NCBI RefSeq assembly: GCF_009914755.1
Contig: NC_060940.1
Reading direction: 5' to 3' (one strand)
DNA length: 64,000 bases
Source: the human T2T-CHM13v2.0 reference genome, Homo sapiens
Shown here one piece after another: positions 12,746-27,085 of the stretch. The notes under the pieces are model-generated. The model made no database searches. It was not told the origin of the DNA and worked only from the letters and a program-made list of their open reading frames with translations. Made by a program: the position numbers and the translations under genes. How positions within the stretch are numbered: position 1 is the first letter of the stretch; every line of letters begins with the position of its first letter.

Positions 12746-13411
12746 TCTGGCCACTTTATAGACCTATGGAGATGTTGAAAGTAGCCCAAAGGAACTGTGT
12801 GCCTCGCATCTTGGTCCATCTTCATGGGTTGATCATTGTGGTTCATATCACTGTTTCATGAAACACAGCCCGCCAGAAAGTCCCGAGTGTTTTGATTTCA
12901 TCCTATACCTATAGTTACAGGCCATTTAAGATCCACAGTCTGCTCTTTTAGCTTCTGCCAGCACATTTGGACATCTGTGCAGTTCCCAGGGCAGGTGAAG
13001 AGTTGTTCATGTGATGCAAACTTTTGAGAAGGGACGTGTAGGGAAGATGGGAGGGAGGTGATATTTATTGAGTATTTTCTTTTTGCTTTCAGCTTTATAC
13101 CTTGTGTGTGCTTACAGAGGTCATGAATTGTCCGCTGTTGTATGTGTAATCCGTGGCAGATGTGCATAATAAGTTCAGGAGGGGCTCGGTTTTGGGAGGC
13201 CGGGGATACTAGAAGATAACCCTAAAATGTGGAAATCTACATCAGAGAGTGGTGTGAATGGTTCCCAAAATGCCTACCTGGCACTCCTACCAAAGACACA
13301 GCAGAGAACTTGGGGCCTCTTGTTTCAGCCATTTTCATCTTCACTGTAAATCTAGACAAGATAATGAATGAAGAACCTGACACATTTAAGGAACTCCATA
13401 GTTGGGAGCCC

Positions 13412-13793
13412 AGTGTGAGTCATTATGGCGAGTCCCTAACACTGCGGTTCCCCTACTTGAGGGCGCAGGTAGGGGCACTTTGCTGCCTCCTTTGACAATA
13501 AGCATTGCCATTGCCATGTGATTTGCTTTGCCTAATGAAATGTGAGTGACACTTCCAGATGGAAATATTAAGAGCCAGTGTGTGGTTCACCCTGACCCCT
13601 TCCTATGCCCCAGCAATTAAGGAAGCAATGTTCAGATGAAACCCATGTCTTCCTCCTGGGTCCCTGAGTGACCACAGTCAACAGAGCTTCCCTGTTGGCC
13701 ATTACTAATGTCAAGAACAAAGCTGTGTAAAGTCACTAAGATTTTGGAGGTATCGGCTGTTGCAGTAGAACCTAGCCTATCTCACCTGACACA
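13412..13793 (+). mobile_element. MLT1I/J-type MaLR solo LTR
   Basis: gccatgtgatttgctttgcctaatgaaatgtgag...cacttcc...taagagccagtg...ctgggtccctgagtgac...aacctagcctat. Confidence 0.85.
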
Positions 13794-14707
13794 AACGTTT
13801 TCTTTCTCACAAAACCTCACACCAGTGTTGTTTTATTCATCTGCTTATGCACGCGTATGGCTGCAACATCCTTCCAAAATGCATTACAGGCTCTAATGCA
13901 CGATAAGACAGTTAGGTTCGAAGGAAAACAAAGACAATTGCACGGCACAGAGGGAATATACTGCTACGGTAAACCGATCACTAACACCCGGCCCTGAATT
14001 TGCTTCAAAGTTTTCACTAAGGCACAAAGGGAGCCGTGTGGAGCTCCGGAGTTCCCATCTGAGGTCTTGTCTAACTCCTTGGCAACTTTTATGTATTTGT
14101 ATAGGAGACTCTTTTGCCAGATGGTTGAAATGTTCATCCTCCTATTTTGTTTTAATGCAAACTGACATTTCTTCATCTTCCTGCGGTGGGTTTCTTTTAT
14201 GAGGTCGTGCTTTGCATTTTCATAGAAAGAATTTCTGACTCCCGATCGGAGCCCACCCTTGTAGTTTCTGTGGGGGCTGTTTTGGTTAACCACTCGCATC
14301 AGTTTTAAGTCTCCACAGGCAGAACCAGACCATCGTGAACTTCTTGATTTACATGGTGGTGGAGAGTGGCTGAGAAACCAGGGAGAAACAGGAAGGAGCT
14401 GATTGAGGAGACCAAAGGAGGGTGGGGCCGCAGCTCTCAGGCACTCTTGGTGTTCAGAAGGCCAGCTTGAAGAAAGATGTGCATATTTGCAAATGCATTT
14501 CTTGTTCCTAGTGAAGAGGTGAGGAAGGACACTGACTGTGCTAGAGCTGTACAAAGAGAAGTAGAACTCTAAATAGAGAAAATATGTAAAGATCAATAAA
14601 TCACACCAAAAATAAGTCATAAGAACAACAAATAATACCAGGAATAAATAATGTAAAATATAAATAATTCCTAAAATGGTGATAACAGCTTATGACAAGT
14701 AATTTCT

Positions 14708-14988
14708 TTTTTTTGAGATGGAGTCTCGCTCTGTTGCCCAGGGTAGAGTGCAGTGGTACAGTCTCGGCTCACTGCAACCTCTGCAACCCAGGTTCAGTCG
14801 ATTCTCCTGCCTCCTGAGTAGCTGGGACTACAGGTGCATGCCACCACGCCCGGCTACTTTTTGTATTTTCAGTAAAGATGGGGTTTCACCATATTGGTCA
14901 GACTGGTCTTGGACTCCTGGCCTCGTGATGCACCCGCATCGGCCTCCCAAAGTGCTGGGATTACAGGCATGAGCCACCGCACCTGGAG
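14708..14988 (-). mobile_element. AluS (Sg-like) inserted in a MIR
   Basis: cctcgtgat deletion variant; perfect 14-bp TSD gacaagtaatttct at 14694-14707 and 14989-15002; MIR-like ttttaatcctcacagtgac follows. Confidence 0.95.
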
Positions 14989-15221
14989 GACAAGTAATTT
15001 CTAAGTATTATTTCTTTTAATCCTCACAGTGACTCCTTGTTAGGGTTTGCTGCATTTTATACAAAGAAGAAAGGAGTCTGTGGAAGTGACATAAAGTAGG
15101 ACATGTATTCATTTACTGATTCAACCTTTCATTTGTACATATATGTATATTTTACAGACACGGTCACCCTGTCTAGGTATTAACAGTTATTACAAAGATG
15201 ATATAATTTTGCAATCAAAAT

Positions 15222-15362
15222 ACAGACACAGTTGTCTGTCTCCCAGGCTGGAGTGCAGTGGCACAATTATAGCTCACCACAGCCTTGAACTACTAGGCTT
15301 AAGCAATCCTCCCGCCTCAGCCTCCCAAAGTGCTGGGATTACAGGCATGAGTCGCCACACTC
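15222..15362 (-). mobile_element. Alu monomer (FRAM or recombined AluJ)
   Basis: Left-arm 5' end (cccagcactttgggagg) joined to a right-arm 3' end (gtgagctataattgtgccactgcactccagcc). Confidence 0.85.
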
Positions 15363-16039
15363 AATTATACACTTAAATATACATATATATATACAATATA
15401 CATATGTAAATATATCTGCATATACATGTTTAGGGACAAAAACACGGGAGTACCATTTCTGTCTTTGTCTCTCTCTCTCTTTCTCTCACTTGACTCTGTT
15501 GGGAGCTATATTAGTTGTTTTCTCTTTCCAAACCACCTTCTGGAGGTCTCTTAGATTTTCCCAATGATGAAGGAGCTACTGTCTAGGTTATTACAGTAGT
15601 AATAGTGGCCAAGAAAATGATATGAGGTTGAAGTGGACAGATGATGCTTTTCACTCTTCTGGGAGGTTCCCACTGGGTGGTCTGCTTTGCTGAGCTTTGA
15701 AAAAGAGCTTTTCTTCTTCCCAGTTCACTGGGCCGATGTGGGCACAGCCTCAGGTTTTGGTTTTTTTCTCCTTTGCTCCTTCACCACCTAGAAAACTAAT
15801 TTCCTATAAAGAAAATTTCTCTGGAAATGCAACTTTCTCAATAGGTTGAGTCTACTCAAAGACTGACAGGTAAAAGTGGTCCACATAGAAAAACCTGTTT
15901 CTCTATTTTGTTTTCAAAATTATATCATCTTTATAATAACTGTTAGTACCTAGAAAAATGCATACATTTTATTCCTTACCAAAACCAGTTACCCTATAGT
16001 CAAAAGGCATTCAGAAGTATTAGCAGAAATGTAGTCAGT

Positions 16040-16367
<328 letters not shown>

Positions 16368-16834
16368 TCAGTAAGAAAGAAAACAAACTAACAGTCAATA
16401 TTGTGGCTGCTCTCAATGTTCTTTAAACGGATCACATTGCCACTTTTTTCTCTTTGTAAAAATGAAAATTCCCAGCACATATTACATGCTCAATAAATGT
16501 TAATTGAGCATTTTCTGTCTGAGAAGTTCAGGCAACTTTTCATCCTTCCAATTGTTAAGTTCTAGTTTCTTATTACAAATTATTACTGTTATTATTTTAA
16601 TTTGATTGATATGCAAAAGTCAAATTTGTGCAAAGAAAATGCAAGCTTTGAGATGAGAAAGCGTGTCTTCTGGTATGTTTCTTGATACATTTTGAGGGTA
16701 TTGAGCTCTAATTTACTTAAGATGACCTTTTGAAAATAGATTAACTTATCAAAACTTGTGGTGGAAGCAAGACTTTGTCAGTACAGTACTATCCAAATTC
16801 TAAAGTAATGAATGCTTCTCTCCCTCTGGAGTTA

Positions 16835-17175
<341 letters not shown>

Positions 17176-19409
17176 AGAGTTTATGTGTTCAGTAAGAGCT
17201 GCAGTCACATCTCTAGTACAGACTCTGCAGAGCACTAGGAAGCCCCGTGTCTGAATGGGATATGGTGAGAGAGGCAGCCTAGGGAATGGAGATACCTGGG
17301 GGTCCCCATCTGCTCCTGATGGACAGCTCAGATGACCCCAAGACCCTCTACCAGGCACTGATGGAGTAAGGATGGAGATGGGAATTGCATTTTAGAGGTA
17401 AGAAGCCAAGTGGCATGATGAGGAGAGTATTCATGAAATTTATGGAACAGTCTGGGGGAAATGCCATGATTTCAAGCCCTTCACCTAAATCTTCAAAAGT
17501 GGCATGGATCAGTGCCTCTCTTCCCCAGCCAGGAGCGTGTGAAGCATGGGGACCTCCGGAATGTTCTCAGAAAATGCTTGGTTCTTCCTGTGTTGAGCAG
17601 GGAAGAAGCTGAAGCTAGCATGGGCAGGGGAGAAGAAAGCCAGTTACATATCAAAGAATGCTTATCTCCGTAGACACCACTGTGTTTGAGAGTCACATTG
17701 GGTGGTTTGTAGGCAGCTTTTCATTTTCACAGCCAGTCAGGCAAGGCTTGGAATAACTTGTCTAAGAATCCTCATCTTAACCCTGTGCTAGAACAACAAG
17801 CTTGGAAGGAGCCAGCCAACAGGAGAAAGCCAGAGCAAGACTCTGTGCTGGACAAGAAGTCCTGAGCACTGGGGAGTTGACTTCATATTGGAGGCAGAGA
17901 AGAATTACCTGCCGATGGCTGTTGGCCCATGGCAACACCCTAGATCGTTGCATTTGTGGTCCTGCTGAAAGAGGAGACTTAAGTTATAGAGTTATTGGTA
18001 CTTGCAACACTTTCTCTGGAATTTGGCCATTTCTCTGCTCTTTTAGTTTAGTACGTTCTCTTGGTTGCGAGGAAATCACTGAAGCCACCTCACGTAATGT
18101 GAGCATGTATGCTCAAGGGGACCAGGAAATGCTGAAAGTTCAGGCCTCGGAAAGGACAGGATGTGGAAGGATGTTCTGGACTCAAGGAGGCCTAGGGACC
18201 CTTGGCAGGAGGCATTCATGGGTCTGTAGTCCAAGGCTCCACTACCATCTCCTTGGCTTCTCTCTTCCATTCTAGCTTCTTCTGCTTATTCATCACTTTT
18301 GCTTCCTATGAAATTGGTGCATCCTGGTCTTGGCCTCTTTGAGCCCTCTGTATAGTGTGAGCTCATCTGGTACTCTTGACTCTCTCAGGCTCCTGAAGGA
18401 GAACCATCAGATAGAAGCATCTCATCTCCCCAGGCCATGCCACTGGGCCTCAGCCAGGCTTGAACTAGCTAGGCTCAGTCCACGGGGTGGCCTTCAAGCA
18501 GCCTAGACTTGGATCCCTAAGCACAGCCTGTGGATGGGACGTTTTAAGGTAAAGGGAGGACGCAGAGCATTGCAGCCCGTTGGTTGTTTTCTCCAGCACA
18601 GCCATGCAAAATCCATGTAGCGGCAGGAATTTTGCAGCTGGAGTTGCTCCCCTGAGACTCTGATCAGATAAAGACAGGGTTTGCTGAACACCGTAGGTCT
18701 GGCCCTGAGCCGTGGGCAGCCTGATGAGCACAGGTGAATGGTGCAAGGGATAACCTCACAGTCATCAGCAAGTCTTATCTGGGCCGCTGCAAATATGACG
18801 GAGTCAGAAAAATGACAACATAAAGAAATGCGATGTTTTCTATGGGGGTTTCTTTTTGAAACTAAAAGAGGTTTTCTAGACTCACTCCATGGAGACCACT
18901 TTACTTTCCATTTTTCTCAGATGATAACATCTGCAGGGGGGCTCCTTCTGTGGGTACATCATTTGTCAAATATGTGGTCCATATTGAGAACCGCATAATA
19001 CTTATTAATTACCACAGTTGCTACTTACCGTGGGCTGCTAAGACTGCTTTAGATATACTGCAGATATTCAAAGAGAATTCATCGTCCACCCAACGGCAAA
19101 GTCCATAGAAGCCCAGGATGCATTCTGACCCTCATCCTTTAAAGCTTACTGAACATATTGATCACCTCTTTTCCAAAGGATACTTCCTATTGGAGTGTAC
19201 TTTTAAAATCTATTTTTTTTGTCTTAATGTTTAGTGTAATGAGGGAGTATAGGATGAACTCAATGTACCTTGAACATAGCTGTTGTCAGGAATGAAGCCA
19301 ATTTCATTTTGCCTGAATTAGGGCCCTTTGGTGTCTTTTCTGTATGCAGTTAATACAGTTCGTGTGCTGTACCAAGGGTGCGAATGTGACTTTTCATCAG
19401 GAAGGCCGC

Positions 19410-19904
<495 letters not shown>

Positions 19905-20289
19905 TAAGGTGGCAATCTTTATACATAAAAAACAGGAATGACTTCTTCGAATTGGTGCACTAGAGAAATGTTTTCCAGTCGCCTAAGCGTTTAAGCATGG
20001 TAAACAGATTACCATATTAGTTGCCCAGACCTTGCAAAACTTCATAGTGTTTGTTTGTTTCCCTTGGGAGGCTGTTCTGAGAAGGAACCTTTTCATTCCT
20101 CGGAGTTCTGATGTGTTCATTGGCCCCTGTTGTCATGCTGGATATGGGGGCGGTTCAAGGGGGGCTTGGGTGCCTGAGAAAAAGAGTGAAAAACCCAACT
20201 GCGAAAACCCAAGAGAAACCGAAAGAGTGAACACTGGAAAAAAAAAAAAGGGGGGGCCGGCGAGCTTCAGGACCTAAGCGGTTAAGGAA

Positions 20290-20470
20290 CTGGCTTTGAC
20301 AGGAAGTGGGCAGGAGGCTGTTTTCAGTATGCTCATGGGAACCCAGCTGGAAAGTGCTGTGGTGAGTGTGTGTGGAAAAAAGGGGCTTTAATCAAGCTAT
20401 AAATATCTGTTTCTTTGAAGTTTTATGACCAACAATTAATGTTACTGGAAGGCCCATAAAAAGGGCTGTT
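20290..20470. promoter_or_regulatory. Candidate developmental enhancer
   Basis: Repeat-free; MEIS, ETS, RUNX, PBX-HOX, TCF, HOX/CDX (x2) and SOX motifs within about 170 bp. Confidence 0.4.
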
Positions 20471-20547
20471 TCTTGACTTGGTGGGTCTGAGTGGGCCAGG
20501 GTCGGGTTAAGATGCTAGCCTCGTGGGGTGCCATCCTGACAGATTCT

Positions 20548-20549
<2 letters not shown>

Positions 20550-20593
<44 letters not shown>
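20550..20593. repeat. (TG)n microsatellite
   Basis: 44 nt of alternating purine-pyrimidine with one CG. Confidence 0.97.
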
Positions 20594-20594
<1 letters not shown>

Positions 20595-20644
20595 TATAAT
20601 GTGTTGCATTGGTGTCTAAAGCCATGCTCAGTATATAGTTATAT

Positions 20645-21410
20645 ATTTCATTCATTCATCCGTTCATTCAGTTATCTCACGTTTCTGGAGGGCCCTCTAT
20701 GTGCAATACCTAGTGATACAGCAGTGAACAAAGGAAATCCCTGCCCTCAGGGAGCTTTCATTCTACTTGGGGAAAGAGACGTGAAAGAAATCAAGACATG
20801 CAAGCAAGGATAAGTGCTGTAAAGATAATTCATTCCTGTTTAGAGGGCTGAGGACAGGAAGACGATGCTGTATGGCTCTAGACAGGGTTCTGTGATGAGT
20901 GGCCTGTGGACAGATTCCTGTCCGAAGAGGTGCAGGGTGCAAGGGAGGAGGGGACGGCAAGTATCAAGGTCCCGAGTGAGGCACATGCTCGGCGGGGCCC
21001 AGGCATGCCACCAAGGCCAGGAGGAGAGACTGAGGAGGCTTGGCCATGCCCTGCCTTGTTGGTTTTTAGAAAGACTCTGTTTTGGTTATTTTGTTTTTCT
21101 TTTTTTGAGACATCTGGAGTGCAGCGGCATGATCTCAGCTCACTGCAACCTTTGCCTCCTGGGTTCAAACAATTGTCCTGCCTCAGCCTCCCAAGAAGTT
21201 GGGACTACAGGCATTCATGCCACCGCACCCAGCTCAAATTTTTGTATTTTTTGTAGATACCATGTTGGCCAGCCTGGTCTCAACCTCCTGACCTCAGGTG
21301 ATCCACCCACATCGGCCTCCCAAAGTACTGGGATTATAGGCACAAGCCACCGCTCCAGGCCTAGAAAGACTGGATTTTACCCTGATTGAGCGAGGGAGGC
21401 TCTCGAGGTT
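20645..21410 (-). mobile_element. L2 fragment interrupted by Alu
   Basis: ttcattcattc...gatacagcagtgaacaaag...cctgccctcagggagctttcattcta...gataagtgctgtaaag; resumes ggattttaccctg after the Alu. Confidence 0.75.
21078..21361 (-). mobile_element. AluS with two short internal deletions
   Basis: Alu body; TSD tagaaagact at 21067-21076 and 21362-21371. Confidence 0.92.
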
Positions 21411-21917
21411 TTATTTGGTTCTGCCCAGTGACCAGCCACCATAACCACATCCTTCCCCCAGACTTTTTCCTCTTCCTATAAAACAAAACAAACAATGTGA
21501 ACAACAAAAGCAAAAACAAAAAACTAAGTAGTAGTTGGGGCATTTTTATTTTAATGCTGCTTTTTTTTTTCTCACCTTTTGCTATATGCTGATCCCAGTG
21601 CATGAAATTTTTTTGTAATCTCATTCCTGTGTTGAAGCTCTTTCACTGCTTTCGTGAGCACAGATGAATTTGAAGGCTGCCAGGCAGTAGCAACATATAC
21701 CAGCTTCCCCACTGGGTGTTCATTCTACCCAATTTTTGTTCATGTGGACTTCAGGAATCTGGGATTTATGATCTTCGGATTTGGCTCTTGGCTTGAGGCT
21801 TAGCCTGTGCAGTCATCTTGGAGAGAGGGTTTACTAAGCAAAGAACACCCCAGAACAATCTGGGGGAACTGTGCCCTTTGCAAGAGAGCAGTTTTAAAGT
21901 ACCCTCGGGCAATTTAG

Positions 21918-22354
<437 letters not shown>

Positions 22355-23235
22355 TCACGTTTTTCTTTTAAAGAAATGTGTAATTCAGATCAGTCTTGCT
22401 TTCAGGTAGTCTGAATTAGGGGAGTTTGCCTGTGTGCAAGAGAAGGCTTCCTACTTCATTTTCTTGTGTGCAGGGAGCCATTTATGACTAATAGGATTCA
22501 TTACATGTGTGTTTAGCCCACCGATTATTAAGGCTTTAACAATATTAAAACCTAAAGAGATAACAGAGGGGAAGCCTTTGGGAGCTAGGAATCAATCGTG
22601 CTGGGTGGCTTGAAAACAGGGCAGTAAAATGGCAGCCGCCTAGCCTGTGGTCTTTAATATTAATAAAGCCAGAGGCGATATCACTTAGTTGTTCCAACAT
22701 GATTGGTTCCTCATGGATGTGCACCCTTGCTCATCACCATCTCACCACCAGGCTGACCCTATACATCTTCCAGGAGCCCAGCTCTTTCCCCTGGAAATGG
22801 TTCTCTGAGTTTCAGCTGCAGTTCAGGGAAAAGGCCAGCAGCCACGTTCCTTGTTTTGTGTAATTGGTCTTTAGCCTGATCTGATTCATCTGGCGAAACC
22901 CCTTTTTCCAGTAAAAGTCGTTGGCGAGGAGTGAATTGTGATGGAAACAGAGACAGATGTATGTACCTTTCATGGACATAATTTCCCCAAGACTGAACAC
23001 AAAAATGAGGGTTTTTGGAGATCTCTCTGGAATTAATGTAAACGTTGTTGAAAACATATTATTCTATGGCTCCTTCATAAACCCTAGGCCATCCCGAGGC
23101 TGTCTCACTCAGGCCCCTCAGCCCTCATAACCCCCCAGCTCCATAGGAGTGGAGTTTGGATTTCAACTAGATAAGGCCCATTTTCATGGATGGACATGTG
23201 AGTTTTCATCTATAATATAGAATGCTATTTTCTAG

Positions 23236-23312
23236 TTAGGTTGGAGCAAAAGTAATCGCGGTTTTCACCATTATATTCAATAGCAAAAACCGCAATTACT
23301 TTTGCACCACTA
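23236..23312. mobile_element. MADE1 (Hsmar1-derived MITE)
   Basis: ttaggttggagcaaaagtaatcgcggtttt ... caaaaaccgcaattacttttgcacca; palindromic, about 80 bp. Confidence 0.95.
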
Positions 23313-24224
23313 CTTTTTACCTAGCAGTTCAACAGCTGTAAAGAAAGATGCTGAGCTGTTGGTTACGTAACTGTGGTACAGCCATTTCATAGACAAGTCT
23401 ACATCAATGAAAAGAATGACACTTCTAAAGGAAAAAAAATGGGCAAAAATTATGTGTTTACATCTATCAGAAAAACAAAACAAATGTCACGGTGTGGTTG
23501 GGAGGAGGTGGGGAGAGAGGCAGATTTTGGAGGCGAAAGATACACAGAAACACTAAATACCTGTCTATTAATACTGACAGTAGTTGCGTTTAGGGGATGA
23601 GACTCTAAATTTGTTTATTTAAATTTTCTCATTTTAAAAAATGAGTCCTTTCAATTATGAGATCAAAAAGAAATGTTCAGTGGCTTATTGTGACCCAACA
23701 TTTTTCTGTTTGATTTAGATAGAGCTTTTATTTGCCTAAAAATTGTGCTTGCAATATATATGATGATTTTTTTTTCTTTTATTAAATGAAAAAGAGTCAT
23801 TTAACAGTCACAGTGGCTCAGCCACCACCCGCAGCAGGCAGTGGGCCCACTTCACCTTCCCAGCAGGCCTCCAGTGCCCGGTGCAGGGTGGCCCATTGGC
23901 ACCCACAACAAACATCACGACATTACTTTTACCGCACACTTCCTGTCGAGGCACAGGCAGTGCTTCAGCCTTTTTGGTAACTTGAATGAACATCAAAAGG
24001 ATAATCAGATATTAGTTAAACTTGTTCCTCTTCTCCAATCATTGATACTTTTCTCTCTTGCTTCCCCTCCCCCTGCCCTTCGACACAGAGTGACAGGCCT
24101 GAAGTAAAAAGGGAAAAGGGGAACCGAGTGACTCAGCCCAGAGTGGGCCTCACCGCAGCTTCCTGGCCACTTTCTCGCTCTCTCCTTCCAAGAGAGAAAG
24201 GGGAGGAAGCCCAGAGCCTTCTAT

Positions 24225-24300
24225 CACTTAGTACCGTGTCATATACCACTTCCACAAATGCTAGGGAATGAACGAATACATGTATGAATGAATGAATGTC
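24225..24300 (+). mobile_element. L2 3' end
   Basis: cacttagtaccgtgtc...aaatgct...gaatgaatgaat. Confidence 0.5.
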
Positions 24301-24511
24301 CATGGGGTCACTCAGAAGTAGTGGCATAATTTAGCCAGATAAAGTGCCCACCTAGCACTCATCCCACCTCCTCACTCCTCTATCCTGTGAATGCAGAAAT
24401 ACAATTCCTCATTTACAAACAACTGTGCATGTAGGGTTGCTTGCAAAAGTTCGTCGTGTGCCGATATTTCATTACCACTTTTGCCAGCGCTCTCGTCTGC
24501 ATTTCCTGAGG

Positions 24512-24825
24512 TTTTTCTTTTTTTTTTTTTTTTCTTTTTTTCTTTGATACGGGGTCTCGCTCTGTCTCCCAGGCTGGAGTGCAATGGCACGATCTCGGCT
24601 CGCTGCAAACTCCAACTGGTTCAAGCAATTCCCCTGCCTTAGCCTCCCAGGTAGTTGGGATTACAGGCGCCCGCCACCATGTCCAGCTAATTTTTTTGTA
24701 TTTTTAGTGGAGACTGGGTTTCACCATGTTGGCCAAACTGGTCCAGAACTCCTGACCTCAGGCAGTCTGCCCACCTCGGCCTCCCAAAGTGCTGGGATGA
24801 CGGGTGTGAGCCACCGCACCAGGCC
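24512..24825 (-). mobile_element. AluS (Sx/Sq-like)
   Basis: Full dimer; TSD catttcct(g/c)ag. Confidence 0.94.
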
Positions 24826-25557
24826 ATTTCCTCAGTTTTAAAAAGCAAATAAGAAACAACAACAAACTGCATCAGAGTAACCGTTTCAAAAACCCATCTC
24901 AGGTCTGTTTTTTCTTTTTTTTTTAAGTTAGCATTTTCTAGAAGTTTTGGTATAAAATATGTACAAGGATACATATATAAACTTAGTGACCATCTGAAGA
25001 TAAACCTGGAATGAGGAATAACAACCTCTCATTTAAAGGAGTTTTAAAGAGACAAGAGGGAGGAAACGAGAAGAGAATGACAGTGTTTCTTTCATTAAAA
25101 GGAGCCCAATATTTATTGAGCCAACAGGTTTACACTGTGTCTACCCCAGAGTGTCATCAGCCCAAACCAGATCAGCGTCGTGGGCGATTTTTTTCACTTT
25201 ACTGCTGAGGGGATTTGCCAATCGCCTGGTCAGCTTCTGAATTCTTCGGGCACACAGGAGGGGCGACATGGTTCTGGCTTATTTCTAAGTCCCTTTGAGG
25301 TGATTTCTGGTCCACAAATTGAGGCAAAATAATCCTCACAATTTCTTGGATATTCTCTGCCCCAGCCCCGTTCTATTGCAAAGGAGGCTTCTCTAAAAGG
25401 CTTCCCAATGCCTTAGAATCTACTTAAGGGTATTTTTGCTGGAGAAAGAGCTGCTGTCTTTGTCCACCTGTCGTTTTCCTTTCTACCCCAACAGGGCTTT
25501 CTCCCTCTGGCTGTTTTATTTAGCGGGAGAAGACAGAAGAGATGGAAAAATGGACCC

Positions 25558-25730
25558 TGCATTTATAGCTGTTCCTTCAAGGAGCTCAAACTGCTTTCAG
25601 GCATTTCCTTATTACCTCATTAATCCTCATAATGGTCCCTTGGCAGAATTATTCTTATTTTCAGAATGGAGAAATTGAGGCACGGACAAAATAAATGGCA
25701 GGTGGAAGGTCAGAGAGCCAGGCAGCAGAA
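25558..25730 (-). mobile_element. MIR
   Basis: ctcattaatcctcataat...attttcagaatggagaaattgaggcac. Confidence 0.75.
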
Positions 25731-26049
25731 GAGGTGGGGGCAGCAGGATGGCTTCTGGTTTCTGCCCTGGTCCATCAGTCAGAATGTCCTCTTCAGATGA
25801 GGAGATGCAGGGTGAGGCGCGGGGGAGCTGACATTGCATAAATAATAAAACAAATGGAGCCACATTTAGTTATCACTCATCTAGCGGAAGTCGATCTTCT
25901 TGGGACATGAGTAGGCTCTAACCTGGCAGGTTTTTCAACATGGAACCATTATTTGTCACATGTGTTCTGTGTGCCAGGGACTGAGTTCTTCTCAACGGAG
26001 TTTACATGTGAGAGGAGCAAGGGACAAACCTCACAAATAGGAATACAGA

Positions 26050-27085
26050 CCTCAGAAAGCCGACTTCACCCTTGCATACTCCTCCAGGTTGCCCTCGCCT
26101 CCCGCCTGGATCACTGCTCAATTCTCTCTCTCTCTTTTTTTTTTTTTTTTTTTTTTAAGACAGAGTCTTGCTCTGTTGTTTAGGCATGATCTAGCTCACT
26201 GCAACCTCTGCCTCCCAGGTTCAAGTGATTTTCCCACCTCAGCCTCCCTAGTAGCTGGGACTACAGGCATGCGCTGCCACACCCGGATAATTTTTTTTTT
26301 TTTTTTTTTTTTGGTATTTTTGGTAAAGATGGGGTTTCACCATGTTGTCAAGGCTGGTCTAAAACTCCTGACCTCAACTGATCCGCCTGCCTCGGTCTCC
26401 CAAAGTGCTGGGATTACAGGCATGAGCCACAGAGCCTGACCACAGTCCTTTCTTTTAAGGGCCTCCTGGCACCCAGCCATGTTGGGACCCTTTCAGTTCT
26501 TTCTCCACGGAGAACCAGAATCTCCTTTGAAAATATGTTAGATCACCTCTTTCTCCTGCTCCGAACTTTCTGAAGGCGTCCCCTGTTACTCGGAGTGCAA
26601 GCCATGCTCTCGAGCTGGCCATGGCATCCTGCGTCCTCTCCCTTCCCCCATTGGCTCTGTTCTTCCTGCCAGTGCTCTTCCCCCTGCTCACTGGGTTCCA
26701 GCTGTGCGGGCCTCCCTGCTGTTCAATGGAATGAGACCCATGCCCCTCCTGGTTATCCCACTCAGAGTGCCCTTCAACAGCTACAGGGCTGGCCCATCCT
26801 TTCTCTGTTACCTTCGGAGGAAGCCTTCTCTAGATACCATCTTTAAAACAGCAATCTTCCTTCTCCATCCCCAGCAGCACCTCTGACCCCCTTCACCTGC
26901 TTTATTTTTCTCCATATTATCATTGCCATCAATCCAAGCACAATTTCCAGTTACTTACCCATTTTGCTTTCTCCCCGCTCTTTGAGAATGCTGGCTCCAA
27001 CAGGGCAGGTATTTCACCTGTTTTGTTTATGCCTGCATCCCCATCACTAGGAACCTCATAGGTGCTTAGCAAATTTTTGATCTTA
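26050..27085 (+). mobile_element. L2a-like 3' region interrupted by Alu
   Basis: gcctggatcactgc; tttgaaaatatgttagatcac; ctgctttatttttctccat; cagggcagg...ttgtttatgcctgcatcccc...ataggtgcttagcaaat. Confidence 0.8.
26133..26440 (-). mobile_element. AluS with short deletion and expanded linker
   Basis: Alu body with long T tail and poly-T middle linker. Confidence 0.93.

Noticed and set aside
13964-14620. Longest ORF (218 aa, minus strand)
   Set aside because: No recognisable domain and composition looks random; an ORF this long can arise by chance in 64 kb
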